Shown: positions 8,348 to 15,500 of the stretch, one piece after another
Position numbering within the stretch: the stretch's first letter is position 1
Layout of the letters: each line of letters starts with the position of its first letter
Assembly: GCF_000242595.2 (NCBI RefSeq)
Contig: NC_017098.1
Location: forward strand, 3,220,202-3,244,201
DNA length: 24,000 bases
Reading direction: 5' to 3'
DNA from: Spirochaeta africana DSM 8902
Lineage (GTDB): Bacteria; Spirochaetota; Spirochaetia; DSM-27196; DSM-8902
The notes under the pieces: generated by a model
Told to the model about the DNA's origin: nothing
The model's input: only the letters and a program-made list of their open reading frames with translations
Databases searched by the model: none
Translations under genes and position numbers: made by a program

Positions 8348-9124
8348 ATGCTGAGTAGTGAATCAACGCAACTGTATACCGACGGGATAATTATCGGGCG
8401 CTTTATGCCGCCGCACAACGGACATCGCTTTCTGATTGATTTTGCCGCCCGACTGTCCGAGCAGGTAACCATTTTCCTGTGTTCTCTGCCCGACGAGCCG
8501 ATCCCCGGCCGTCTGCGCTACGACTGGCTTTCCGAACTCTATCCTGGATGCCGGATTGTACATTTTACCCAGGCTATACCTGCTGCCGGCAGAGAAAACC
8601 CGAATGCCCATCGGATTTGGGCCGATCACATCCGGCCTCATATGCCGCACGGGGTTGGAGCGGTATTTGCATCAGAAGCGTATGGAAAACCGCTGGCAGC
8701 AGCATTGGGGGCTGCCTTTGTACCACTCGACATCAGTCGCGGAACAGTCCCGGTAAGCGGTCAACTGATCCGCCAGTCTCCATTCAGCCACTGGGATCAT
8801 CTCCCGGTTCCGGTGCGGGCATATTTCTGCAAGACTGCGGTTATTCACTGCAGAAACGAGGATGATGTCATGTCTGTACATCAGGCTGCCCGTGAACTGC
8901 TGACAACCGCTATAACCTGGGATGCCCCCGCACCGGTGGGAACGGCCATGCTGTATGCCGCGAGGCGTCAGGCCAGGCGGATAGTACTGGTTGCGGTACC
9001 GCCAACACACCCTGCCCCGCTCCCTGCGCATGATGTGGATATACCATTGTCCCTGTCTGAACAGCAGTCGGTTCTGACACTGATCACTAAGGAGATTTCT
9101 GCCTGTTTTTCCAGGTACGATTGA
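8348..9124 (+). CDS. NadR-type nicotinamide-nucleotide adenylyltransferase with a degenerate C-terminal kinase-like remnant
   Basis: The track ORF begins at 8198, but that part is antisense to the ROK gene. The likely start is ATG 8348 (8330 is an alternative). The nucleotidyltransferase motif GIIIGRFMPPHNGHRFLI (HxGH) is present. A NadR-like stretch follows: VSGQLIRQSPFSHWDHLPVPVRAYF. E. coli NadR then has the Walker A ILGGESSGKST, whereas this protein reads VIHCRNEDDVMS. Confidence 0.75.
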   Translation: MLSSESTQLYTDGIIIGRFMPPHNGHRFLIDFAARLSEQVTIFLCSLPDEPIPGRLRYDWLSELYPGCRIVHFTQAIPAAGRENPNAHRIWADHIRPHMPHGVGAVFASEAYGKPLAAALGAAFVPLDISRGTVPVSGQLIRQSPFSHWDHLPVPVRAYFCKTAVIHCRNEDDVMSVHQAARELLTTAITWDAPAPVGTAMLYAARRQARRIVLVAVPPTHPAPLPAHDVDIPLSLSEQQSVLTLITKEISACFSRYD

Positions 9125-9155
9125 CAACTGCTACCAGCAGGACTACCCTTTCGAT

Positions 9156-9638
9156 ATGTCATGGCTACCGTTTATCTGGGCTATCGCCGGATTATTGATG
9201 ATCGGATCAGAGTTTTTTATCACTGACTTCGTGATGTTCTTTTTCGGTCTGGGGGCACTGCTTACCGGCCTCCTGACCTTCTTTCTCCCCGGCATCGCCG
9301 GCAATCTACCGCTGCAGTTCGGGCTGTGGATTGCAATGTCCTCGATATCCCTGCTGACCCTGCGAAGATACTTTGGCAAGGCCTTTCGCGGACAGATCTT
9401 TGATCAGAATGTAGAGGATCATATGATCGGGAAAACCGCGCGTGTGTCCGAACCTATCGCCCCGGGCTCTCCCGGAAGAATCTCGTTTGAGGGCACCACC
9501 TGGAAGGCCATCAGCTACGATGAAACCTTTCAGAAGGGTGATCATGTCACCATCATCCAGCAAGAGGGCATTGGCTATGTGGTAACCCAGCAGCTGCTGC
9601 CCGACGACACCCCGGATACCGACATACAGGACATGTAA
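9156..9638 (+). CDS. NfeD-family membrane protein (short YbbJ type)
   Basis: This is a 160-aa ORF. The N-terminal half is multi-pass hydrophobic (WLPFIWAIAGLLMIGSEFFITDFVMFFFGLGALLTGLL...). The C-terminal soluble OB-like part reads GKTARVSEPIAPGSPGRISFEGTTWKAISY. It lies immediately upstream of the SPFH genes, which is the classical NfeD-SPFH pairing. Confidence 0.8.
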   Translation: MSWLPFIWAIAGLLMIGSEFFITDFVMFFFGLGALLTGLLTFFLPGIAGNLPLQFGLWIAMSSISLLTLRRYFGKAFRGQIFDQNVEDHMIGKTARVSEPIAPGSPGRISFEGTTWKAISYDETFQKGDHVTIIQQEGIGYVVTQQLLPDDTPDTDIQDM

Positions 9639-9663
9639 GAAATTTCTCACGGAGGAGGGAGAT

Positions 9664-10650
9664 ATGGAACCATTTATGGCATACGGCCTGACAACAGTGC
9701 TGCTGGCATTGTTTTTCGTCGTATTTTTCAAGCTGCTGAGGATTGTACCCGAGCAGGAAGCCTGGATCGTGGAGAACTTCGGCAAGTTCCGCGCAACCCT
9801 GGGCCCTGGATTTCATCTGGTGATTCCGGTTATTCAGAAGATCGCCTACAAGCAGATCATCAAGGAAGAGGTTATCGATGTCCCCCCCCAGGTGTGTATT
9901 ACCCGTGACAATGTCCAGGTACAGGTGGACGGGCTGTTGTATCTGCGAGTGGTCGATCCGGTAAAAGCAGCCTATGGAATCGATAACTATCGCTTCGCAG
10001 CTGCTCAGCTTGCCCAGACCACCATGCGATCCGAGATCGGAAAGATTGAGCTGGACAACACCTTTTCCGAGCGGGACCTGATCAACAGCTCGGTCGTCAA
10101 GGCCGTAGACGAAGCCAGTGACCCATGGGGAATCAAGGTCACCCGATATGAAATCCGGGATATCACCCCGACCGACACTATTCTGAAGGCAATGGAACAA
10201 CAGGTTCGCGCTGAGCGCGAAAAGCGCGCCGAGATCCTGACCAGCGAAGGCGAACGGGACAGCCGCATCAACCTGTCCAAGGGTGAGCGTTCAGAAGCCA
10301 TCAACCTGTCCAAGGGTGAGCGGCAGAAGCGCATCAACTTTTCCGAAGGGAAAGCCCAGGCCATCGAAATAATCGCGGCCGCTACCGCCGAAGGTCTGGA
10401 AACTATCGCCCAGGCCGTGAACCGCCCGATGGGGAAAAAAGCGCTGTCTATGCGTATCGCCGATCAGTTTATCGAGCAGCTCGGCGAGATCCTTTCCACC
10501 GCCGACACATCGGTGATGCCGCATGATCTTGCCAATATTCGTGGGCTTCTGCAGTCGGTATTGCCAAGCGGCAGCGATACAGAGACGGAGAAAAGCTTGC
10601 AGGCTGTACTCGATTCCCGGCCTCAAACTGCAACCGGAGGTAAATCATGA
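9664..10650 (+). CDS. SPFH/Band-7 (stomatin/slipin-like) membrane protein, paralogue 1
   Basis: This is a 328-aa ORF with a strong SD (GGAGGAGGGAG) and an N-terminal TM helix. The SPFH core reads RIVPEQEAWIVENFGKF...VDGLLYLRVVDPVKAAYGIDNY...AQTTMRSEIGKIELD...WGIKVTRYEIRDI. It is followed by an EREKRAEIL coiled-coil region. Confidence 0.9.
   Translation: MEPFMAYGLTTVLLALFFVVFFKLLRIVPEQEAWIVENFGKFRATLGPGFHLVIPVIQKIAYKQIIKEEVIDVPPQVCITRDNVQVQVDGLLYLRVVDPVKAAYGIDNYRFAAAQLAQTTMRSEIGKIELDNTFSERDLINSSVVKAVDEASDPWGIKVTRYEIRDITPTDTILKAMEQQVRAEREKRAEILTSEGERDSRINLSKGERSEAINLSKGERQKRINFSEGKAQAIEIIAAATAEGLETIAQAVNRPMGKKALSMRIADQFIEQLGEILSTADTSVMPHDLANIRGLLQSVLPSGSDTETEKSLQAVLDSRPQTATGGKS
10266..10322 (+). 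repeat. In-frame 33-bp periodic repeat within SPFH paralogue 1 (24-bp perfect copies)
   Basis: CATCAACCTGTCCAAGGGTGAGCG occurs at 10266-10289 and again at 10299-10322. It encodes the 11-aa units INLSKGERSEA / INLSKGERQKR / INFSEGKAQA. Confidence 0.85.
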
Positions 10651-11585
10651 GCATCCTTTTTCCATTTCAGCTCCTGTTCGGGGTTTTAGGCCTGGTTGTT
10701 GTCTACAGTCTGTTTCGCAGTATACGGATCATCCCCGCTAAAAGTGCACTGGTAATAGAACGCCTGGGGAAATACACCCACACCCTTGAGGCCGGCTTTC
10801 ATGTGCTGATCCCCTTTGCGGATCGGGTTAAATACACCCACAGCCTGAAAGAGCAGGCTATTGATGTACCAAGCCAGCCGTGTTTCACCCAGGACAACGT
10901 CAAGGTAGAGGTCGATGGCGTACTCTACTTCAAGGTAACCGATCCCAAGAAGGCATCCTACGGGATTACCAATTACCGCTACGCAACCATACAGCTGGCG
11001 CAGACAACCATGAGATCCATTATCGGCAAACTGGAAATGGACAAGACCTTTGAAGAAAGAGAAAACATCAATGCTGCCATCCTGCGGGACATTGATGAGG
11101 CAACCGATCCCTGGGGGGTCACCATAACACGGTACGAGATTCAGAATATCAGAGTTCCAGACAACATACTGACTGCTATGGAGATCCAGCTGCGGGCAGA
11201 GCGGGAAAAGCGTGCCGTCATCGCCCGGAGTGTTGGGGAAATGGAATCGCGTATCAACTACTCCACCGGGATGATGGAGGAATCGGTCAACAAATCTGAA
11301 GGCCAGAAGGAACGCTTTATCAACGAGGCCGAGGGTAAAGCTGCCGAAATCCGGGCCATTGCTGCGGCAACAGCAGCCAGCATCGAAAAGGTTGCCAAGG
11401 CACTCGAGAAGGACGGGGGGAACGAGGCCCTTTCACTCAAGCTGTCTGAATCCTACATTCAGCAATTACAGCAACTGGCCAAGAAGAATACCAAACTGGT
11501 TCTGCCAATGGACCTTACTGATTTGGGCTCGGTACTGAACTCGGTCCAGTACATGCTGCACAAATCAGGCGGCGAGACAGAGTAA
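10647..11585 (+). CDS. SPFH/Band-7 (stomatin/slipin-like) membrane protein, paralogue 2
   Basis: This is a 312-aa ORF whose ATG overlaps the paralogue 1 stop (ATGA at 10647-10650). Its architecture is collinear with paralogue 1, and many blocks are identical (AQTTMRS.IGK.E.D, DPWG...TRYEI..I, RAEREKRA). Confidence 0.9.
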   Translation: MSILFPFQLLFGVLGLVVVYSLFRSIRIIPAKSALVIERLGKYTHTLEAGFHVLIPFADRVKYTHSLKEQAIDVPSQPCFTQDNVKVEVDGVLYFKVTDPKKASYGITNYRYATIQLAQTTMRSIIGKLEMDKTFEERENINAAILRDIDEATDPWGVTITRYEIQNIRVPDNILTAMEIQLRAEREKRAVIARSVGEMESRINYSTGMMEESVNKSEGQKERFINEAEGKAAEIRAIAAATAASIEKVAKALEKDGGNEALSLKLSESYIQQLQQLAKKNTKLVLPMDLTDLGSVLNSVQYMLHKSGGETE

Positions 11586-11605
11586 CCTGGATAGGCGGAG
11601 GGTTC

Positions 11606-11627
11606 TGAGTAGTAACAAAACGACACC
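11606..11627. repeat. Left terminal inverted repeat of the IS-like element
   Basis: TGAGTAGTAACAAAACGACACC is the reverse complement of 12875-12896, except for the 2 central-left mismatches. Confidence 0.7.
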
Positions 11628-11634
11628 CTGAACC

Positions 11635-12786
11635 CTACGCAACTATATACTGCCACGGTAATTGCTGCTTCAATTGTCCCGGTGTATACAAATGTCGTTT
11701 CCAGACCCGCAGATCCTCCTCCGGGATGTCCGGATAATGGCTCAGAAATGCCCGCCGGACACACAGGGTTATCAGCCGGCGCTTCACCAGCTTGGCTGGC
11801 AGCCCGGCCCGCTGCCAGCGTTTTGCGCTTGCTTCCCCTCGCACCCGATACGGCTTGAGAAAATTATGGTACATACGATACACCTGCACCGACTCCATCG
11901 CGTTCTGCACATTGCGCCGGAAGGTCACCGTCTCGCGCACATAGGCCGCGATGTCCTTGCGCAGCTCGCGGTCAAAATTGTCCATCGCAAACATCGGCCC
12001 GCCAGGCCCGCGATGATGATTCGAGCTGATATGCCGCCAGCCAAGGCTCTGTTCACTGAGAAGCCGATGAGCTACTTCGCAGCGGCTGATCGCGTCGGGG
12101 TACTCTTTCTTGTTGTCGGTGATCAGCTGTACGGGGTCTTCCGGCTCCCATTGCAGCACCAGCCCGGCCATACTGTGTAAGATCCGGGTAAACGAGGTGA
12201 TGATCCCGTCCGGAGCCGGGCGGTAGACCGCCTCCACCTCGGCCTGGCGGATCTTCTGGCGCGGGCTCATCCAGCCGGTGCGGCGGATGGTAACGTGATC
12301 CATAGCAAAGAGATACTCGCTGTCCTTGCCAATCAGGATATGCAGGTTGCAAGGATAATACTGACTCACCTCGAACGACACAAACCCGTCGGCGATCAGA
12401 TCCTCCGGGGTGGTGAGATACGGGCGGCACTCGGCATGCAGAGCGATGCAGTTGCGCGCCAGACGACCGACTCGGTTGCGCCTGATTGCCGGGGAGATCC
12501 CGCGGTTGCGGTGGGTGGCGGCCAGACTGACCCGGCTGGAGATGTCGCGGATCAGGTCGCGGTAGGACACGGTACGGTGCACCCGATAGTCGATCGAGAA
12601 GGTCCGTTCGGTAAAGAACCGCTTGCAGGCGATGCACTGGTAGCGCTGGTGGCTGCCAGCACAGGCAGTATGCCGTAGACCCTTGCGCCAGAACCAGGTG
12701 CCAACCCGTGCTTTTTCAGCCCTGGTTCGGGTATGATGATGGTGGTGGCGGCAGTCCGGATTGGGACAGAACGGGGGTGTATGCAT
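11635..12786 (-). CDS. Putative DDE transposase with N-terminal zinc ribbon (IS1/IS1595-like organisation; family not assignable by eye)
   Basis: The track ORF starts at a TTG (12801). The ATG at 12786 has AGGAGG 5 nt upstream and is preferred, giving 383 aa. The N-terminus is CPNPDCRHHHHH...YQCIACKRFF (Cys4-type ribbon). Candidate catalytic residues are D in LIADGFVSFE, D in LITDNKKEYPD and E in NFDRELRKDIAAYVRETVTFRRN. The last segment resembles the E-x-N-x2-LR...R-x-x-x-FSK tail of IS1-type transposases. Confidence 0.65.
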   Translation of the reverse strand: MHTPPFCPNPDCRHHHHHTRTRAEKARVGTWFWRKGLRHTACAGSHQRYQCIACKRFFTERTFSIDYRVHRTVSYRDLIRDISSRVSLAATHRNRGISPAIRRNRVGRLARNCIALHAECRPYLTTPEDLIADGFVSFEVSQYYPCNLHILIGKDSEYLFAMDHVTIRRTGWMSPRQKIRQAEVEAVYRPAPDGIITSFTRILHSMAGLVLQWEPEDPVQLITDNKKEYPDAISRCEVAHRLLSEQSLGWRHISSNHHRGPGGPMFAMDNFDRELRKDIAAYVRETVTFRRNVQNAMESVQVYRMYHNFLKPYRVRGEASAKRWQRAGLPAKLVKRRLITLCVRRAFLSHYPDIPEEDLRVWKRHLYTPGQLKQQLPWQYIVA

Positions 12787-12874
12787 TGGTACCTCCTGCA
12801 ATGGGCTGGTACCTGTTACTACACAAAAAATCTGCCTGGGGAATCATTTCAGCGACGGAAAAGTGAAAAACGCA

Positions 12875-12896
12875 GGTGTCGTTTTGTTATCACTCA
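12875..12896. repeat. Right terminal inverted repeat of the IS-like element
   Basis: GGTGTCGTTTTGTTATCACTCA is the partner of 11606-11627. Confidence 0.7.
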
Positions 12897-13027
12897 ACGA
12901 GTTATCCACATAGTATCTACAACTTATCCGCACAACCGCCAGCAACCTACCTGTTTGTATTGGCCAATCCAGTCTTGGCGTTCCATTTTGCTCCATGCTA
13001 CCATGTTCCTCGTAGCGGAGGAAAACC

Positions 13028-13858
13028 ATGTATCACATTTTGCACAAGGAGCAACTGGCGGAAAAGGTGTTTCTGATGAAAATTCAGGCACCCCTGATTG
13101 CGCAGGAACGCCGCGCCGGCCAGTTTGTCATCATTCAACCCGACACGGATTTTGGCGAGCGAATTCCACTGACGATCGCCGACGCCGATGTCACAGCAGG
13201 AACCATTACCCTGATATTCCAAGCAGTAGGCAAGACCACCACCGACCTCTCTGCGATGCAGACCGGCGATCCGGTTGCCAATGTACTTGGTCCATTAGGT
13301 AATCCGACCCATATCGCCAACTTTGGTCATGTTGTGTGTGTGGCCGGCGGTATCGGTGCCGCACCGATGTTTCCTATCGCGCAAGCACTGAAACAGGCCG
13401 GCAACTCGCTCACCCTGATCATCGGCGCACGTTCCAGAGAGCTGGTCATTCTGGAAGAACGGATGCGCTCTATTGCAGACAACCTGATCATCTGTACTGA
13501 CGACGGCAGCTATGGCAGGAAAGCCCTGGTCACCGAGCCATTAGAGGAACTATGCAGCGGTGCAGACAAGCCGGACAAGGTATTTGCTATCGGACCGCCT
13601 GTAATGATGAAATTCTGTGCCGCGACCACCAAACCGTACCAGGTGCCTACAATGGTATCTCTGAACACCATTATGGTAGACGGCACCGGGATGTGTGGCG
13701 GCTGTCGCGTCACGGTGAACGGTGAAACACGGTTCACCTGTGTGGATGGTCCGGAGTTTGATGGTCACCAGGTAGATTTCGAGAATATGCTCGCACGGCT
13801 TGGATCCTATCGTCCCCAGGAACAGGATGCACTGCACAAATGCCGCATCAGCGTATAA
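13028..13858 (+). CDS. nfnA: NADH-dependent reduced ferredoxin:NADP oxidoreductase small subunit (NfnA / SudB / PyrK-like FAD and 2Fe-2S protein)
   Basis: This is a 276-aa ORF with a strong SD (GGAGGAAAACC-ATG). It has an FNR-like fold with the RAGQF(V)IIQ flavin motif and a nucleotide-binding GGIGAAP. The C-terminal Cys cluster GMCGGCRV...FTCVDGPEF is typical of PyrK/NfnA. Confidence 0.85.
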   Translation: MYHILHKEQLAEKVFLMKIQAPLIAQERRAGQFVIIQPDTDFGERIPLTIADADVTAGTITLIFQAVGKTTTDLSAMQTGDPVANVLGPLGNPTHIANFGHVVCVAGGIGAAPMFPIAQALKQAGNSLTLIIGARSRELVILEERMRSIADNLIICTDDGSYGRKALVTEPLEELCSGADKPDKVFAIGPPVMMKFCAATTKPYQVPTMVSLNTIMVDGTGMCGGCRVTVNGETRFTCVDGPEFDGHQVDFENMLARLGSYRPQEQDALHKCRISV

Positions 13859-13882
13859 CCAGCACACAAGAGGAACCCCATA

Positions 13883-15412
13883 ATGAATAATAACCACACC
13901 TCACACACCCCGGAAGATTTGCAGCAGCTTGCCCAGGAGCACCTCGATCAGCTTGCGCAGATCAAGGCAGATACCGGGAAAATTAAAACCAAACAACGGC
14001 TGGCGATTCCCCAGCAGGAAATGCCGGCACAGGATCCCGGACAGCGCAGGACCAACATGTCAGAGGTCGCACTTGGCTATTTTGAGGAACAGGCACTGGT
14101 AGAAGCCGAACGATGCCTGCAATGCAAGAACGCCCCGTGTGTCGCCGGCTGCCCGGTGGCAATTGACATCCCGGGTTTCATTCAGAAGATCACCGAGCGT
14201 GACTATGCCGCTGCCCATCAGATAATCAATCGCACCAGCCTGTTGCCGGCTGTATGCGGGAGGGTGTGCCCACAGGAAAACCAGTGTCAGGCACCGTGCA
14301 CCGTGGGCAAATCCCTGAAAGATACCTTCCAATCGGTTTCTATCGGTCGACTGGAGCGGTTTGTAGCCGACTGGCATGCGCATCACCGCCACAAGAACTC
14401 TGTTGATGCCGCCACAAAGCGAACCGAACCCCCTGCCGCCACCGGAAAAAAGGTGGGCATTATCGGCAGCGGTCCTGCGTCAATTACCGCGGCAGCAGAT
14501 CTCCGCCGTGCCGGCCACGAGGTTACCATGTTCGAAGCATTTCACAAGCCTGGCGGGGTAATGATGTACGGCATTCCCGAGTTTCGTCTCCCCAAGGAGA
14601 TCGTCGAAACAGAGATTGACGATCTGCGACGCATGGGAGTGGAAATCCGCACCAACTTTCTTGTCGGCAGAACCAGAAAACTCACCGATCTGCTGGAACT
14701 CGACGGCTTCGATGCCCTGTTTATCGGTAGTGGTGCAGGCCTGCCGCGCTTTATGCATATCGAGGGAGAAAACCTGGTCGGGGTTTTTGCCGCTAATGAA
14801 TTCCTGACCCGCAGCAATCTTATGAAGGCCTATGATACCTCACGCGCTGATACCCCGATTCGACAGGCACGAAAGGTTGCTGTGCTGGGCGGCGGCAATG
14901 TAGCAATGGATGCAGCACGGACTGCGGTGCGGCTGGGCGCAGAGGAAGTCCACGTAATATACCGCAGAACGCGTACCGAAATGCCAGCTCGGGCAGAAGA
15001 GGTTGATCATGCCGAAGAAGAGGGAGTCCGGTTTCACTTCCTCCACAACCCCACCAGGATTATTGGCGATGACACCAGTCATGTGTGTGGAATTGAACTG
15101 CTGCGCCACGAGCTTGGCGAGCCGGATGACTCGGGACGACGCCGCCCGATCCCGGTACCGGGAAGCGAGCATCTTATGGAGGTTGATACGGTAATCGTAT
15201 CGATAGGCAATTCCTCTAATCCATTACTGGTATCCAGCACCCCCGGCCTGAAAACCAACCGCTGGGGAAATATTGAGGTAGATGAGCAGTGTCGCACCTC
15301 CCTCCCAAAGGTGTATGCCGGCGGGGACATCGTTCTGGGTGCCGCCACCGTGATTCTGGCCATGGGTCAGGGACGGGAAGCCGCAGCCGCAATACATGCA
15401 GATCTGCAATAA
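13883..15412 (+). CDS. nfnB: NADH-dependent reduced ferredoxin:NADP oxidoreductase large subunit (NfnB / SudA / GltD-like)
   Basis: This is a 509-aa ORF with GAGGAA 7 nt upstream. It has two Fe-S Cys clusters (CLQCKNAPCVAGCP and CGRVCPQENQCQAPC) and two dinucleotide-binding motifs (IIGSGPAS, VLGGGNVAMD). A GltD-type C-terminus (VYAGGDIV) is present. About 35 extra N-terminal residues (MNNNHTSHTPEDLQQLAQEHLDQLAQ...) exceed what I recall for this family. Confidence 0.85.
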   Translation: MNNNHTSHTPEDLQQLAQEHLDQLAQIKADTGKIKTKQRLAIPQQEMPAQDPGQRRTNMSEVALGYFEEQALVEAERCLQCKNAPCVAGCPVAIDIPGFIQKITERDYAAAHQIINRTSLLPAVCGRVCPQENQCQAPCTVGKSLKDTFQSVSIGRLERFVADWHAHHRHKNSVDAATKRTEPPAATGKKVGIIGSGPASITAAADLRRAGHEVTMFEAFHKPGGVMMYGIPEFRLPKEIVETEIDDLRRMGVEIRTNFLVGRTRKLTDLLELDGFDALFIGSGAGLPRFMHIEGENLVGVFAANEFLTRSNLMKAYDTSRADTPIRQARKVAVLGGGNVAMDAARTAVRLGAEEVHVIYRRTRTEMPARAEEVDHAEEEGVRFHFLHNPTRIIGDDTSHVCGIELLRHELGEPDDSGRRRPIPVPGSEHLMEVDTVIVSIGNSSNPLLVSSTPGLKTNRWGNIEVDEQCRTSLPKVYAGGDIVLGAATVILAMGQGREAAAAIHADLQ

Positions 15413-15423
15413 CCGGTTCACTA

Positions 15424-15464
15424 CTCCTGTCTGACCATCCCTCAGGCAGGAGTGTCCATATTTT
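15424..15464 (+). terminator. Candidate intrinsic terminator after nfnB
   Basis: CTCCTGTCTGA (15424-15434) pairs with TCAGGCAGGAG (15442-15452), giving an 11-bp stem with one G-U pair and a 7-nt loop. A TATTTT run follows (15459-15464), but only after a 6-nt spacer, so this is not a textbook terminator. Confidence 0.45.
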
Positions 15465-15465
15465 G

Positions 15466-15494
15466 TGGAAAATATCGATTGCATTTGATAGAAT
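15466..15494 (+). promoter_or_regulatory. Candidate sigma-70-type promoter with extended -10 for the receiver/kinase-like gene
   Basis: TGGAAA (15466-15471) is followed by a 17-nt spacer and then TG-A-TAGAAT (15486-15494). The -10 element ends only 6 nt before the ATG at 15501. The mRNA would therefore be leaderless or nearly so, and no SD is visible. Confidence 0.3.
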
Positions 15495-15500
15495 GAGAAA

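Larger units (their letters stand above)
11606..12896 (-). mobile_element. IS-like insertion element (about 1291 bp) bounded by 22-bp imperfect inverted repeats and carrying one transposase-like ORF
   Basis: Inverted repeats at 11606-11627 and 12875-12896 match at 20 of 22 positions, with a 15-bp perfect core. They bracket a single 383-aa ORF that has a Zn ribbon and DDE-like spacing. The element lies in an intergenic gap between two unrelated operons. No target-site duplication was identified. Confidence 0.6.

Noticed and set aside
9156-11585. NfeD-SPFH-SPFH as a candidate phage-defence or otherwise novel system
   Set aside because: The pairing is a well-known housekeeping membrane-scaffold operon. 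No effector, sensor or mobile context is attached, because the adjacent IS is outside the operon. Nothing in the sequence supports a defence role.
11587-11595. A shared TGGATA hexamer outside both IS repeats (left 11588-11593; right as TATCCA within 12903-12908) as a possible extension of the inverted repeats
   Set aside because: The hexamers sit at different distances from the repeat cores (12 nt versus 6 nt), so they do not align without a gap. A chance 6-mer match in such short flanks is plausible. The right-hand copy is better explained as part of the TTATCCACA motif.
12977-12991. Sigma-54-like element TGGCGT-N-TTTGCT upstream of nfnA
   Set aside because: The GG and GC dinucleotides are separated by 11 nt rather than the strictly required 10 nt. 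No enhancer-binding protein gene is nearby.
12898-13027. The idea that the TTATCCACA/TTATCCGCA pair marks a replication origin
   Set aside because: There is no dnaA/dnaN/gyrB neighbourhood, no AT-rich unwinding element and only two boxes here. I kept it as a motif-excess observation rather than an oriC call.
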